A stretch of DNA of 64,000 bases from Minisyncoccota bacterium (GCA_051306005.1 JBPPMJ010000006.1:91296-155295); one strand, 5' to 3'; shown: positions 1 through 11,356, counted from the stretch's first letter. Made by a program: numbers and translations. Notes: generated from the sequence alone by a model not told the origin.

Positions 1-1
1 A

Positions 2-343
2 TCCTGCATGAATGATGAATTAAAAAGCATTGGTCGAGCAGAGTTGTTACCTGGAGGAGTTGTTTTGACTGGTGGAGGAGCATTGTTACCAGGAGCGATA
101 GAATTAACTAAAAAAACTTTGCGCTTACCGGTGCAGATAGGATACCCGAAACCATTAGGAGGTATTTTGGATCAGGTAGACACCCCGCAATTTTCGACAG
201 TTATCGGATTATTGTTGTTGGCTCGGTCAAACCATGCGCATAACAATACTTTTACAACCGACAAGTCCTGGGGTATGGTATGGAAACTAGCTCAAAGAAT
301 AATAAAAAAAATACAACAGTGGTCCAAGCAATTTTTGCCATAA
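2..343 (+). CDS. ftsA: Cell division protein FtsA, C-terminal fragment; the gene continues upstream of the window
   Basis: The open frame runs from the window edge. It has the conserved FtsA C-terminal motif (LPGGVVLTGGGALLPG...VQIGYP). It lies immediately upstream of ftsZ in the conserved ftsA-ftsZ order. Confidence 0.7.
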   Translation, partial: SCMNDELKSIGRAELLPGGVVLTGGGALLPGAIELTKKTLRLPVQIGYPKPLGGILDQVDTPQFSTVIGLLLLARSNHAHNNTFTTDKSWGMVWKLAQRIIKKIQQWSKQFLP

Positions 344-424
344 AAGAATGTATTGCCGACCTCTATAAAATAAAAAAATAATTCTTTTTTTGGCGAGATG
401 GTGTACCATTTCCATTTCGTCGTC

Positions 425-454
425 TTGACAGATTTTTTGAAATCATGGTAAAGT
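425..454 (+). promoter_or_regulatory. Candidate sigma70-like promoter upstream of ftsZ: TTGACA, ~17-18 nt spacer, weak -10 (TAAAGT)
   Basis: A consensus -35 hexamer TTGACA sits at 425-430 in the ftsA-ftsZ intergenic region. The -10 is weak. Confidence 0.2.
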
Positions 455-526
455 TAAACATTAAGAAACAGGTTTATTTGAAGGAATAAGTGGCATATTT
501 TTAACCTACCTTAAGGGGATACATGT

Positions 527-1783
527 ATGGCAGAAATTAAACCTGATATCGATACATTTGCGAAGATAAAGGTTGTAGGTGTCGGAGGCTCTGGAAACAG
601 CGGTATTTCTCGCATGATTGATGCGAAGATTAAAGGTGTTGAATTTGTGGCAATCAATACGGATGCGCAGGCTTTGCACCATTCGAAAGCACAGGAAAAG
701 ATTCATATTGGTAAAAATTTGACTAAGGGTTTGGGCGCTGGGATGAATCCTGAAATTGGTCGACAGGCGGCGGAAGAGAATCGCGATGAAATTCAGGAAG
801 TGCTGAAAGGATCTGATATGGTGTTTGTGACATGTGGTCTTGGTGGGGGCACGGGATCGGGTGCTGCTCCTATCGTGGCGGAAACGGCCAAAGAGCTTGG
901 TGCGCTGACAGTTGGTGTGGTGACGAAACCCTTTGCTTTTGAGGGATCGCAACGTCGAGCCATTGCGGAAGAGGCGTTAGAGAATTTACGTGATCGTGTA
1001 GATACTTTGATTACCATTCCAAACGACAAGTTGTTGTCTATTATTGATCGCAAGATGAGTCTGGTCAATGCTTTTCGTATTGTGGATGATGTGTTACGTC
1101 AAGGTGTGCAAGGAATTTCGGACCTGATTACCAAGCCTGGTATCGTGAATGTTGACTTTGCTGATGTGCGTGCCATTATGGAGGACAGTGGAAGTGCGTT
1201 GATGGGTATTGGCATCGCGGCAGGTGACAATCGTGCCACCGAAGCAGCCAAGGCAGCTATCAACAGTCCATTGTTAGAACTTTCTATCGACGGTGCGAAG
1301 GGTGTACTCTTTAACATCGCTGGATCTAGTGATTTGACAATGTTAGAAATAAATGAAGCGGCCAGTATTATCACCGAAAATATTGACCCCAATGCCAAAG
1401 TTATTTTTGGCGCTGTCACTGATGATCAAATTCGTAAGGGAGAAATTCAGATTACTGTGGTAGCGACCGGTTTTGATACAGCACGGATCAAGGAACCGAC
1501 AGTGGGTTTGATTACTAACCGCGTTTCTTCATCTGTTTCAAAGCCTATGATGAAATCGCACTCTTCATCGCCTTCTGTTGCCGAAGAACGTCTCCATGGA
1601 GATGGTTCATCCAATGTTGATGACAGTATAGATTTTTCTACGCACAGGATTGATCGACCAATCATGATTATTGATGAGAAGATCCAGCCTCGTTCTGTCG
1701 TAAGTCGGACTGATACGAAAGATCTGATGGAGGATGATGATTTAGAAATTCCAGCCTTTATTCGGCGCAAAATGAAAAAATAA
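527..1783 (+). CDS. ftsZ: Cell division GTPase FtsZ
   Basis: GGGTGSG tubulin signature and an N-terminal [11 protein letters not shown]-type motif. Length 418 aa. An SD-like AAGGGGATA lies upstream. Confidence 0.95.
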   Translation: MAEIKPDIDTFAKIKVVGVGGSGNSGISRMIDAKIKGVEFVAINTDAQALHHSKAQEKIHIGKNLTKGLGAGMNPEIGRQAAEENRDEIQEVLKGSDMVFVTCGLGGGTGSGAAPIVAETAKELGALTVGVVTKPFAFEGSQRRAIAEEALENLRDRVDTLITIPNDKLLSIIDRKMSLVNAFRIVDDVLRQGVQGISDLITKPGIVNVDFADVRAIMEDSGSALMGIGIAAGDNRATEAAKAAINSPLLELSIDGAKGVLFNIAGSSDLTMLEINEAASIITENIDPNAKVIFGAVTDDQIRKGEIQITVVATGFDTARIKEPTVGLITNRVSSSVSKPMMKSHSSSPSVAEERLHGDGSSNVDDSIDFSTHRIDRPIMIIDEKIQPRSVVSRTDTKDLMEDDDLEIPAFIRRKMKK

Positions 1784-1917
1784 GGATATACTGATGGGAA
1801 GCACCTCTCTTATGAGGGGTGTTTTTCTTTTGCAAAGTATGGGAGCAGTGTATAATTATAAAAATGTTCTACAGTATTTGGATAAAGAAAAATAATTTTT
1901 TTGGTTGATGAAATAGT

Positions 1918-2364
1918 ATGCGCTGTCCTTTTTGCAATTTTGAAGATACGAAGGTGGTAGATTCGCGTGACACTCACGAAGGACGGGCTATACGTCGTCG
2001 GCGTGAGTGTGAGCAATGTCAGGCACGTTTCAGTACATATGAGGAAGTAGAAATCTTTCGTTTGCTGATTGTAAAAAAAGATGGACGGAAAGAAGAATAT
2101 GATCGAAGGAAAATTGAAAAAGGACTCAGAAGAGCTTTTGAAAAACGCCCCTTAGCGGAAGAGAAAATCGAGAAATTATTGGGAGAAATTGAGTATACCT
2201 TACATGAAAAGCGAGTGAATGAAATAGCTAGTCGTGAAATTGGTAAATGCATTATGGAAAAGCTGAAGGAAACTGACCAAGTGGCATATATTCGTTTTGC
2301 GAGTGTTTATAAATCTTTCGGGAGCGTTAAGAGTTTCAGAAAGGTCCTAGACACATTGGAATGA
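1918..2364 (+). CDS. nrdR: Transcriptional repressor NrdR (Zn-ribbon plus ATP-cone)
   Basis: N-terminal MRCPFCNFEDTKVVDSR...CEQC zinc ribbon typical of NrdR. Length 148 aa. Confidence 0.9.
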   Translation: MRCPFCNFEDTKVVDSRDTHEGRAIRRRRECEQCQARFSTYEEVEIFRLLIVKKDGRKEEYDRRKIEKGLRRAFEKRPLAEEKIEKLLGEIEYTLHEKRVNEIASREIGKCIMEKLKETDQVAYIRFASVYKSFGSVKSFRKVLDTLE

Positions 2365-2371
2365 TGCTTTG

Positions 2372-3838
2372 ATGAATCGCACTATGCCGAAAGACCGTCT
2401 ATTATTGATGCTGTGTTTGGCGTATACTGGCGGCATTTTTTTAGGTTCTTTTTTTCCAATCGTATGGTGGTATGTTCTTCTGGCAAGTGCCAGTAGCTGT
2501 GGTTTTATAGTTGTTTTTTTTCCGAGATATTTGCTATTTTTCCTGTTATCAATGTTTGTGTTTTGGGGTGGTATCTTTTCTGTTTCTTTGGCACTGAATA
2601 AGGGTGAAACAATGTCCATTGATATGAATCAGAAGGTGTCTGGTATGGCTCGTGTGGTAGAGGAACCGGAAACGCGATCGCGTTATCAACAGGTGATCAT
2701 ACGGATGTATGCCTGTGATACCCATTCTTGTCCCGATGCCAAAATACTTTGGCAAGCACCATTAACCAAACCTTTTTCTTTTGGTTCTCGTATACAATTT
2801 TCTTGTCTTCTAAAAACGCCAAAAAATTTTGACACTTCTTTTGATTATCGAATGTTCTTGGCGAAAGATGATATATATTTTATTTGTGAACAAGCTTTGA
2901 CACAAGTGGTGCTACCAAATGATATGCGTGCCTCAATGGCTCAGTGGCTCATGATACCAAAACATGCTTTTGAGAAAGCAATTATAAAAAGTGTGCCACA
3001 ACCAGAAGGTGGATTGGCACTCGGTCTTCTGTTGGGCGGGGAACATCGTTTATCCGAAGCCGATCAACAAATTTTTCGACAGGCAGGTCTCTCGCACATC
3101 ACGGCTATTTCTGGATACAATATCGCCCTTATTGGACAACTGTTTCTTCTCTGTGGTCTGAATATTGGTTTATGGCGCAAACAGGCAATCTGGCTTTCCG
3201 CACTAGGTATCATTTTGTTTATTTGCTTGGTAGGCGCCCCAGCTTCAGCAGTAAGAGCTGGTATTATGGCACTTACCGTTTTTATTGGTTTTCTTTTTGG
3301 ACGTTTGACGTTTTCGATCAATGCTTTGATAGTAGCGGGAGTGGCGATGCTTGTGTTTCAGCCACTGTTATTGCGTTATGATATAGGTTTCCAACTCTCT
3401 TTTTTGGCAACACTGGCCATCATTCTTGTTTTGCCATTCAAGGAAAAGTGGTTGACTGGCGATTTTTTTGGAAAAAGCATAGTGGAAATTTTTTGGTTGA
3501 CCTTGGCCGTAGAAATATTAGTCACGCCGATTATTCTGTATCATTTTCATACCTTTGCACCATTTTCTTTGTTAGCCAATACGCTGTTGTTGCCACTTGT
3601 GCCCTATGCGATGGCCAGTACGTTTCTTACAGGAGCCACCTTTCTTTTGTTGCCTGGATTGCATATGATGCCAGCGATGATAGCGTATGGTTTTTTACGT
3701 GGCATCATGTTTGTAGCTGAACAAATCAGCCTGTTTGATTACGCAACGATTACATTGACACTACATCCGAGTGTGTTGTTTTTCTGGTATGGAACCATTT
3801 TTTTTGTTATCGTAATGATAAAACATTGGGAAAAATAA
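2372..3838 (+). CDS. comEC: ComEC/Rec2 DNA-uptake channel protein, transmembrane competence domain only
   Basis: Polytopic membrane protein with the ComEC signature GLSHITAISGYNIALIG. The ORF-track start at 2369 is TTG, and an ATG follows at 2372. A clean TAA stop at 3836-3838 separates it from the downstream MBL-domain ORF. Confidence 0.8.
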   Translation: MNRTMPKDRLLLMLCLAYTGGIFLGSFFPIVWWYVLLASASSCGFIVVFFPRYLLFFLLSMFVFWGGIFSVSLALNKGETMSIDMNQKVSGMARVVEEPETRSRYQQVIIRMYACDTHSCPDAKILWQAPLTKPFSFGSRIQFSCLLKTPKNFDTSFDYRMFLAKDDIYFICEQALTQVVLPNDMRASMAQWLMIPKHAFEKAIIKSVPQPEGGLALGLLLGGEHRLSEADQQIFRQAGLSHITAISGYNIALIGQLFLLCGLNIGLWRKQAIWLSALGIILFICLVGAPASAVRAGIMALTVFIGFLFGRLTFSINALIVAGVAMLVFQPLLLRYDIGFQLSFLATLAIILVLPFKEKWLTGDFFGKSIVEIFWLTLAVEILVTPIILYHFHTFAPFSLLANTLLLPLVPYAMASTFLTGATFLLLPGLHMMPAMIAYGFLRGIMFVAEQISLFDYATITLTLHPSVLFFWYGTIFFVIVMIKHWEK

Positions 3839-3842
3839 AGAT

Positions 3843-4691
3843 ATGATACGATACAAATTGCTTTGGTATTTTCTGATGGGTGTATCTTTGGCAATGTTAT
3901 TACTCTATTGTGTGTTGTGGTGGCAAAAATATCAGCACATGACCACTATCACTTTTCTGAATGTAGGGTCTGGTGATGCTATTTTGATTTCTCAGGGAAT
4001 GAATCAGGTACTGATAGATAGTGGACGAAATGGCAATGATGTTTTAGCGCAATTGGGACGCCAAATTCCTTTTTGGGATAGAACAATAGAGGTGTTGATA
4101 GCGACACATCCGGATGCGGATCATATCGGCGGTTTCGCCTCAGTTATTGAAGCATACTCCATACCATTCTTTTTGTTTACTGGATCAGAAAGTGATACGG
4201 AAACATCGCTTCTATTACAACAAATGTTGGAGAAGTACCATGTACAAAAGAAAAAAGTGTTTCGTGGAACGACGATACGTTTTCCTGTCGGGGGAGAACT
4301 AGTGGTGGAGTATCCCTTGACCGAACTACCAGCTATCATACCAGAAACAAATATGGGGAGCATCGTTAGTCGTTTTGTTTTTAGGGAAACTGATATTTTA
4401 TTGACTGGAGATTTGGCCAGAGAGGAGACGGTATTGCCAGATATTGCCTCCGCCGATATTTTGAAGATAGCACATCATGGCTCAAAATACTCAACAAGTG
4501 ATATCTTTTTGGAACGTGTCCGACCGTATGAAGCCATCATTTCAGTCGGTAAAAATAATTATGGTCATCCAAGTCCAGATGTGATAGAACGTTTAATACG
4601 GCACAATATTCTTATTCGTCGTACCGATCTTATGGGCAGTATCCGATATCGTTGTACAGAGGCTATTGGAGGCTGTGTTATCGATGAATGA
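3843..4691 (+). CDS. Metallo-beta-lactamase domain protein corresponding to the ComEC C-terminal nuclease domain, encoded as a separate ORF
   Basis: HPDADHIGG and AHHGSKYS metal-binding motifs of the MBL fold. It has its own N-terminal TM helix. It starts 4 nt after the comEC stop. Confidence 0.75.
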   Translation: MIRYKLLWYFLMGVSLAMLLLYCVLWWQKYQHMTTITFLNVGSGDAILISQGMNQVLIDSGRNGNDVLAQLGRQIPFWDRTIEVLIATHPDADHIGGFASVIEAYSIPFFLFTGSESDTETSLLLQQMLEKYHVQKKKVFRGTTIRFPVGGELVVEYPLTELPAIIPETNMGSIVSRFVFRETDILLTGDLAREETVLPDIASADILKIAHHGSKYSTSDIFLERVRPYEAIISVGKNNYGHPSPDVIERLIRHNILIRRTDLMGSIRYRCTEAIGGCVIDE

Positions 4692-4774
4692 TTTTCCAGT
4701 GATAGCATATCTACAAGCTGTGGTATAGGAAGTTAATTTGAAAGAGTGCCAGATGTGGCGGACGGGTACAATAA

Positions 4775-4804
4775 CTTGCCATTTCATTTTTTTTGTGTTA
4801 TACT
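4775..4804 (+). promoter_or_regulatory. Candidate promoter for ndk: TTGCCA, N18, TATTAC
   Basis: A -35/-10-like pair in the 150-nt intergenic region upstream of ndk. Confidence 0.3.
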
Positions 4805-4841
4805 CCATCTTGGAAGATTAACCGTGTAAAGTGTATTTTTT

Positions 4842-5447
4842 ATGTCAGAACATCCCAAGAAGGAGCGTTCATTGGTCATTATTAAACCAGACGGCGTGCA
4901 ACGCGCATTGATAGGGGATATTATTACCCGTTTCGAACGTACGGGATTGAAGTTTATCGCCATGAAGTTATTACTTTCCAAACCTGAACAGTGTTGGGCA
5001 CATTACAATAAGGATGAAGAATGGTTTCTCAAAAAAGGTGCTCGTATTGTGGAAGATCGCAAAACTCATGGTATGCCTATTGAAAAAGAGGTCATCGAAT
5101 ATGGCAAGGACATTATTCAAGCCAATGTAGACTTTTTCACTTCTGGACCTGCTCTAGCGTTCGTCATTGAAGGTAATCAATCTGTGTCCATCATTAAAAA
5201 AATTGTGGGTGGTACGGAACCTACTACATCTGATGTCGGAACTATCCGTGGTGATTTAACTGTCGATTCTTATGCGCTTTCCAGTTTGGATAATCGCGCT
5301 GTCCGTAATCTGGTGCACTGTTCTGACAGTCCGGAGGAGGCAGAACGGGAAATTCCTATTTGGTTTACTCCCGAGGAACTTATCGATTATCGTCTGGTAG
5401 GGGAGCAAATTCTCTATGATGTCAATCTTGATGGCATTTTGGAGTAG
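4842..5447 (+). CDS. ndk: Nucleoside diphosphate kinase, unusually long 201-aa variant
   Basis: N-terminal LVIIKPDGVQRALIG. Active-site His region NLVHCSDS, where canonical NDK has NxxHGSDS. About 35 aa are inserted after the HY motif, and the C-terminus is extended. Confidence 0.8.
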   Translation: MSEHPKKERSLVIIKPDGVQRALIGDIITRFERTGLKFIAMKLLLSKPEQCWAHYNKDEEWFLKKGARIVEDRKTHGMPIEKEVIEYGKDIIQANVDFFTSGPALAFVIEGNQSVSIIKKIVGGTEPTTSDVGTIRGDLTVDSYALSSLDNRAVRNLVHCSDSPEEAEREIPIWFTPEELIDYRLVGEQILYDVNLDGILE

Positions 5448-5484
5448 GGCACAGGGCTAGAAGAGAGCTCATGGAGTTGAATTG

Positions 5485-5522
5485 AAAAAAACACCATCTT
5501 TTTAAAATGGTGTTTTTTCTTT
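5485..5522. terminator. Bidirectional rho-independent terminator between convergent ndk and rpmB
   Basis: Stem ACACCAT/ATGGTGT with a 9-nt loop. An A-run lies 5' and a T-run 3' (aaaaaaACACCATctttttaaaATGGTGTtttttt). Confidence 0.7.
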
Positions 5523-5533
5523 TAATAGGCCTT

Positions 5534-5707
5534 TTAATGTGCTTTTGTCAGAGTGCGAATAGCGCGCGTAGAAAGACGTAGTTTCATGCCATCAATACGT
5601 TTGGTTTGCAAATTGATTTTGAAAGTACGTCGCGTCGCAATATTAGAATGACTGCGAGAATTGCCTGATGCGGTTTTCCTTCCAGTGAGTTGGCAGATAC
5701 GACTCAT
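5534..5707 (-). CDS. rpmB: 50S ribosomal protein L28
   Basis: The 57-aa translation [57 protein letters not shown] matches the L28 family (MSRVCQVTGK...NxSHA). It is below the 60-aa ORF-track cutoff. Confidence 0.8.
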   Translation of the reverse strand: MSRICQLTGRKTASGNSRSHSNIATRRTFKINLQTKRIDGMKLRLSTRAIRTLTKAH

Positions 5708-5841
5708 AATATTCCTCTTGAACAGTTACAGAAATGAGAGTATCATACATGTATTATTCTGGCAAGTGATTTACTGTGAGAACATCGTGGAAACTATAGA
5801 GAATAGTTGCTCTGTGGGCGTATCCTTTAATTTATGAATTT

Positions 5842-6564
5842 ATGACAAATGAAATCGTGCTCATCAGTTTTTATCTCTTGACCCTGATTTACTCGGTCAT
5901 TATCCATGAAGTATCGCATGGAGTGGTAGCTTTGTGGCTTGGTGATATGACTGCCAAATATGCGGATCGTATCAATCTTAATCCTCTCAAGCACATCGAT
6001 CCTTTTGGTTCTGTGATTTTACCGATATTACTTATGGTGAGTACGGGATTTGCTTTGGGTTGGGCGAAGCCGGTGCCGTACAATCCTTATAATCTCCGTA
6101 ATCAAAAATGGGGTCCCGTATTGGTTGCCTTAGCTGGTCCAATATCAAATTTTCTTCTCGCTTTTTTGGCGGCTTGTTTTGCTAAAATTTTACCACTGAC
6201 TCTTTTGGCCAAAACGGATATTTTAACACGTTTTATTGGGGTTATCGATGGACGAGGAGATTTTATTGAACGCTTCGGGTTTTTTGCTGAGGCCCTTTCA
6301 GGATCCTTGGCTGGGATTTTTTTTGGACTTCTTCTTTTGGTCATTTTTTGGAACGTGGTGTTAGGGTGTTTCAATCTAGTACCTGTACCACCGCTTGATG
6401 GTTCCAAATTACTCTATGCCTTGATACCACTTCGCGAACGGACCATCTTTTTGTTAGAACAATATGGTCTTTTTCTCTTGTTATTTGTCATTTTATTTCT
6501 GTCTGGTCCGATTAGCTTCTTCATAAGCACTGTTTTGAATTGGTTCTTGTCTTTTACACTTTGA
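5842..6564 (+). CDS. Peptidase M50 family (site-2 protease-like) membrane zinc metalloprotease
   Basis: HEVSHG (HExxH) in the first TM helix. Distal NLVPVPPLDGSKLL (LDG) motif. Polytopic, 240 aa. Confidence 0.8.
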   Translation: MTNEIVLISFYLLTLIYSVIIHEVSHGVVALWLGDMTAKYADRINLNPLKHIDPFGSVILPILLMVSTGFALGWAKPVPYNPYNLRNQKWGPVLVALAGPISNFLLAFLAACFAKILPLTLLAKTDILTRFIGVIDGRGDFIERFGFFAEALSGSLAGIFFGLLLLVIFWNVVLGCFNLVPVPPLDGSKLLYALIPLRERTIFLLEQYGLFLLLFVILFLSGPISFFISTVLNWFLSFTL

Positions 6565-6752
6565 AAACCTTGAGATGAGACATTTTCCGTATTTCGGTGA
6601 TGACCGTTACAAAACAATGACTGTACTGTTGACAAGAATAAGGTTTTTCGTATAGTATGGATAAGTATTGAAAAGCCGATGGCTTTTTTGTTTGTCTTTA
6701 TCCAAGAAAGATCATATTCTTCAGTATTTAAATAGTTGACTGTTCAATCCAC

Positions 6753-7169
6753 GTGACTACTATCAACCAGCTTATCAAGCGTCCACGGACACTGTCCGTC
6801 AAAAAATCGAAGTCACCAGCCATGACTTATTCGATTAACAGCATCAAGAATCGTAATACTATACATGATAGCCCTTTTAAGCGTGGAGTATGTCTCAAAG
6901 TATCCACGACGACTCCCAAGAAACCAAACTCCGCTTTGCGGAAAATCGCCCGTGTGCGTTTGACAAACGGTATGGAAGTAACAGCTTACATTGGGGGTGA
7001 AGGGCACAATCTCCAGGAACACTCTATTGTCATGATTCGTGGTGGTCGTGTAAAGGACCTCCCTGGCGTGCGCTATCACATTGTGCGTGGGACATTTGAT
7101 GCGGCTGGTGTTAATCGAAAACAGAGTCGTTCCAAATACGGTATGAAAAAAGAAAAAAAGAAGGGATAG
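6753..7169 (+). CDS. rpsL: 30S ribosomal protein S12
   Basis: GTG start. [11 protein letters not shown]...[10 protein letters not shown]...[14 protein letters not shown] is the canonical S12 sequence. Confidence 0.95.
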   Translation: MTTINQLIKRPRTLSVKKSKSPAMTYSINSIKNRNTIHDSPFKRGVCLKVSTTTPKKPNSALRKIARVRLTNGMEVTAYIGGEGHNLQEHSIVMIRGGRVKDLPGVRYHIVRGTFDAAGVNRKQSRSKYGMKKEKKKG

Positions 7170-7226
7170 TTTTTTTCTCAGAGTACATCGTTTTTATTAA
7201 TTTCTCGTAAGTTGAAAGTATAGAGT

Positions 7227-7694
7227 ATGCCACGAAGAAAGCGCACATTTACCCGTACATGGAAGCCTGATACTTTGCATGACAATATTCTTGTTGGACA
7301 TTTTGTCGGGATGATCATGTGGGATGGCAAGAAAAGCGTTGCTGAACGTTTGATATATGATGCTTTTGAGATTATTCATGAACGCACCAAAAAGGGTGGT
7401 TTGAATACGTTCGAGCAGGCTATCAAGAATGTTTCACCACTTTTGCAATTGAAGTCTCGTCGTGTCGGTGGAGCCAATTATCAGGTACCAGTGCCAGTTT
7501 CTGGTGAACGTCGTCAGGTATTGGCAATGCGTTGGATTCGTGATGCTTGCCGTAAGCGTAAAGGTAAAGGCATGGCGGAAAAATTGGCGGATGAATTGCT
7601 GGATGCTTCCAACAAAACAGGTGCTGCTATGAAGAAACGTGATGAGACACATCGTATGGCCGAAGCTAACAAAGCATTCGCTCATTTCGCATAA
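7227..7694 (+). CDS. rpsG: 30S ribosomal protein S7
   Basis: MPRRKR... S7 family. Follows rpsL in the str operon. Confidence 0.95.
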   Translation: MPRRKRTFTRTWKPDTLHDNILVGHFVGMIMWDGKKSVAERLIYDAFEIIHERTKKGGLNTFEQAIKNVSPLLQLKSRRVGGANYQVPVPVSGERRQVLAMRWIRDACRKRKGKGMAEKLADELLDASNKTGAAMKKRDETHRMAEANKAFAHFA

Positions 7695-7833
7695 CCATGG
7701 ATTTTACATAGGCACCAAAAAGATTCTAGCATTTTTTAGAGGCACTTTTATCGCAATGGTTATCATTGCATTTCACTAAAAAATTCCCTAGAAAATTTCT
7801 TCCATTTCATTTTTTATTTCTTTTTATATAATT

Positions 7834-9939
7834 ATGATGCGCAAGACTCCTATCGATAAGTATCGCAATATCGGTATTATCGCTCATATTGATGCTGGCA
7901 AGACAACCACGACTGAGCGTATTTTGTTTTATACTGGTATTACACATAAGATTGGTGAGGTGCACGAGGGAGCGGCGACAATGGACTGGATGGAGCAGGA
8001 ACAGGAGCGTGGTATCACCATTACTTCTGCTGCCACCACGTGTTTCTGGAAAGGGTACCATATCAATATCATCGATACGCCGGGGCACGTTGATTTTACT
8101 GTAGAGGTGGAGCGTTCTTTGCGTGTGCTTGATGGGGGAGTCGTCGTATTTGATGGTAAGGAAGGTGTAGAACCGCAATCCGAAACTGTGTGGCGTCAAG
8201 CAGAAAAATACAAAGTTCCTCGTATGTGCTTTATCAACAAAATTGATAAAGAGGGAGCGATTTTTGAAGAAGCCCTAGAATCTATTTGGAATCGTTTGAC
8301 TCCGCATGCGGTGGCTATACAATACCCACTTGGTTTACGAGGAGATTTTTATGGTCTCGTTGATTTAATGACGATGAAGGCTTATACGTTTGAAGGGAAC
8401 ATGGGTGAAAAGGTGGTTGAAGGAGAAATTCCTGCGGAATACCTCAATAAGGCCAAGGAATGGCGAGAAAAAATGGTAGAAAAAATTTCTGAAACGGATG
8501 ATGTTCTTACGGAAAAATATTTGAACGGCGAAGTTATTTCTGTTAATGAATTGAAGAAAGCGTTACGTCAGGCAACAATTGACGTACGTCTACACCCTGT
8601 GTTTACCGGTACCGCTCTGCGTAACAAGGGAGTGCAATTGATGCTTGATGCGGTAGTGGATTACTTGCCATCGCCTATTGATATTCCTCCGGTCACTGGT
8701 ATTAATATGCAAACTGATGTCGAAGAGATTCGTGAAACTAGAGATGACGCCCCTTTTTCCGCATTGGCATTCAAGATTGCAACAGATCCCTTTGTGGGAC
8801 AATTGACTTTTTTTCGAGTGTATTCTGGTACTGTGAAGGCTGGATCGTATGTACTCAATGCTACCAAAAATGAGAAGGAACGTATTGGACGTATTTTGCG
8901 TATGCATGCCAATCATCGTGAAGAGATTGATGAATTATCCGCTGGTGATATCGGAGCATTGGTTGGAATGAAGGTTACGACGACGGGAAATACTTTGTGT
9001 GATGCTGAGCATCCAATTATTTTGGAGGCAATCACATTTCCAGAACCAGTGATTGATATCGCGATTGAACCAAAGACTAAAGCAGATCAAGAAAAAATGG
9101 GTATCGCCTTGAAGAAGCTTTTGGAAGAAGACCCGACTTTTCGAGTACATACTGATGAAGAGACAGCGCAGACTATTATGTCTGGCATGGGAGAATTGCA
9201 TCTTGATATTCTCGTGGATCGGATGAAACGTGAATTCAAAGTCGAGGTCAATGTTGGACGACCACAAGTGGCTTATCGAGAAACAATCCGTATGAAAGCG
9301 GAAGCTGAAGGAAAGTATATTCGTCAGTCTGGCGGACGCGGACAGTACGGCCATTGTTGGATCCGTGTTGAGCCACAGACAGAATCTGGTCAAGGGTATG
9401 AATTTGTCAGTGAAATCAAGGGTGGCGCGATTCCACAGGAATTCATTAAACCGATTGATAAAGGTATTCAAGAAGCAATGCAGACGGGCGTCCTGGCTGG
9501 ATACCCGATGGTAGATTTGAAAGCAACGGTCTACGATGGTTCCTATCATGATGTGGATTCTTCCGAAGCCGCATTTCGTATCGCTGGATCCATGGCGTTT
9601 AAGGAAGCTTGTCGTAAAGGAAAGCCTGTGCTATTGGAACCTATCATGAAAGTTGTTGTGATTACTCCAGAACAATTCATGGGAGATATTGTGGGTGATC
9701 TGTCTGCGAAACGTGGAGTGATCAAAGAAATGAACGCACGCGGTGAAGGTGCCGCACAGGTGAAAGAGATTCATGCAGAAGTTCCACTGTCTTCAATGTT
9801 CGGTTATGCCACACAGATGCGTTCTATGTCACAAGGTAGAGCGAGTTACTCTATGGAATTTGGACATTATGCTGAAGTGCCCAACAATGTTTCCAATGAG
9901 ATTATTGGCGCCCGTTCTGGAGGCAATGAAAATAAATAA
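7834..9939 (+). CDS. fusA: Elongation factor G
   Basis: [16 protein letters not shown]-domain. 701 aa. str operon position. Confidence 0.97.
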   Translation: MMRKTPIDKYRNIGIIAHIDAGKTTTTERILFYTGITHKIGEVHEGAATMDWMEQEQERGITITSAATTCFWKGYHINIIDTPGHVDFTVEVERSLRVLDGGVVVFDGKEGVEPQSETVWRQAEKYKVPRMCFINKIDKEGAIFEEALESIWNRLTPHAVAIQYPLGLRGDFYGLVDLMTMKAYTFEGNMGEKVVEGEIPAEYLNKAKEWREKMVEKISETDDVLTEKYLNGEVISVNELKKALRQATIDVRLHPVFTGTALRNKGVQLMLDAVVDYLPSPIDIPPVTGINMQTDVEEIRETRDDAPFSALAFKIATDPFVGQLTFFRVYSGTVKAGSYVLNATKNEKERIGRILRMHANHREEIDELSAGDIGALVGMKVTTTGNTLCDAEHPIILEAITFPEPVIDIAIEPKTKADQEKMGIALKKLLEEDPTFRVHTDEETAQTIMSGMGELHLDILVDRMKREFKVEVNVGRPQVAYRETIRMKAEAEGKYIRQSGGRGQYGHCWIRVEPQTESGQGYEFVSEIKGGAIPQEFIKPIDKGIQEAMQTGVLAGYPMVDLKATVYDGSYHDVDSSEAAFRIAGSMAFKEACRKGKPVLLEPIMKVVVITPEQFMGDIVGDLSAKRGVIKEMNARGEGAAQVKEIHAEVPLSSMFGYATQMRSMSQGRASYSMEFGHYAEVPNNVSNEIIGARSGGNENK

Positions 9940-9973
9940 AAAAGCAATTTCAAAAGAGAAAAATGGAAAATGC

Positions 9974-10002
9974 TTGACAAGAATACGGGAGATTGTTATC
10001 AT
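9974..10002 (+). promoter_or_regulatory. Candidate internal promoter for tuf in the fusA-tuf spacer: TTGACA, N17, TATCAT
   Basis: A near-consensus -35 and a good -10 with a 17-nt spacer, about 160 nt upstream of the tuf start. Confidence 0.35.
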
Positions 10003-10165
10003 GACGAATGACGCTTTCTTCCAAGCTTTTTCTTTTTTATAAAAGAAAAATGATAGTGGAGTAAGAAGAAAAAAAATCACATTTTCATAGAGTAATAATT
10101 ATTGTCAGAGAACGTGAACACTGCGTATATAATGCAGGTTATACGGGATCACGCGATACAAAGTT

Positions 10166-11356
10166 ATGGCAGAGCAATTTCAACGCAATAAACCACACGC
10201 AAACGTCGGAACCATTGGTCACGTTGATCATGGAAAGACGACGTTGACAGCCGCTATTCTGCACGTCCAAAGCTTGCAGGGTTTTGCAAAAGAAAAAAGT
10301 ATTGATGAAATCGACAAAGCGCCCGAAGAGCGTGAGCGCGGTATCACGATTGCGACTGCTCATTGTGAATATGAAACAGAGGCTCGTCACTACGCACATG
10401 TCGACTGTCCTGGTCACGCTGATTACATCAAAAACATGATTACCGGCGCTGCTCAGATGGATGGTGCTATCTTGGTTGTTTCCGCAACTGATGGTCCGAT
10501 GCCTCAGACTCGTGAGCATATTCTCTTGGCTCGTCAAGTGGGTGTACCAGCTATCGTGGTCTTTTTAAACAAGGTGGACATGGTGGATGACGCAGAATTG
10601 GTGGACCTTGTGGAAGCTGAGGTGCGTGAATTATTGACAAAATATGAATTTGATGGCGATAAAGCTGTTGTCGTTCGTGGAAGCGCTTTGAAGGCCCTTA
10701 ATGCCAAGACGACTGATGAAGCTGATGCCAAGCCGATTTTAGATTTAATGAAGGCTTTAGACGAAAACATTCCGCAGCCAATTCGTGATTTGGACAAGCC
10801 ATTTTTGTTACCTATCGAAGACATTTTCTCCATTGAAGGTCGTGGCACGGTTGTGACTGGTCGCATTGAACGTGGTGTTATCAATTTGAACGACGAAGTG
10901 GAAATTGTCGGTATTCGCGACACAGCCAAAACGGTAGTCACTGGTATCGAAATGTTCAACAAATCTCTGAATCGCGGAGAGTGTGGTGATAATGCTGGAA
11001 TTTTGATTCGTGGTATCAAAAAAGAAGACGTGGAGCGTGGTCAGGTGCTGGCAAAACCGGGTTCCATTACCCCTCACACTGAGTTTGATGGAGAAGTATA
11101 CGTACTCTCCAAAGAAGAAGGTGGTCGCCATACTCCATTTTTCAAAGGCTATAAGCCACAGTTTTATATTCGTACAACTGACGTGACGGGTGAAGTGGAA
11201 TTGCCTGAAGGAACGGAAATGGTTATGCCTGGTGATACAGTGAAATTGAAGATCAAGTTGCTGGCACCAGTTGCTATGGAAGATGGTATGCGCTTTGCAA
11301 TTCGTGAAGGTGGGCGTACGGTTGGTGCCGGTGTTGTGACGAAAATTTTGAAGTAA
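10166..11356 (+). CDS. tuf: Elongation factor Tu
   Basis: [22 protein letters not shown] and NKVD motifs. 396 aa. Confidence 0.97.
   Translation: MAEQFQRNKPHANVGTIGHVDHGKTTLTAAILHVQSLQGFAKEKSIDEIDKAPEERERGITIATAHCEYETEARHYAHVDCPGHADYIKNMITGAAQMDGAILVVSATDGPMPQTREHILLARQVGVPAIVVFLNKVDMVDDAELVDLVEAEVRELLTKYEFDGDKAVVVRGSALKALNAKTTDEADAKPILDLMKALDENIPQPIRDLDKPFLLPIEDIFSIEGRGTVVTGRIERGVINLNDEVEIVGIRDTAKTVVTGIEMFNKSLNRGECGDNAGILIRGIKKEDVERGQVLAKPGSITPHTEFDGEVYVLSKEEGGRHTPFFKGYKPQFYIRTTDVTGEVELPEGTEMVMPGDTVKLKIKLLAPVAMEDGMRFAIREGGRTVGAGVVTKILK

Noticed and set aside
506-1770. Several - strand ORFs (506..952, 793..1068, 1099..1419, 1447..1770) overlapping ftsZ
   Set aside because: They are antisense shadow ORFs inside a well-supported, highly conserved ftsZ coding region. 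They have no SD and no recognisable products.
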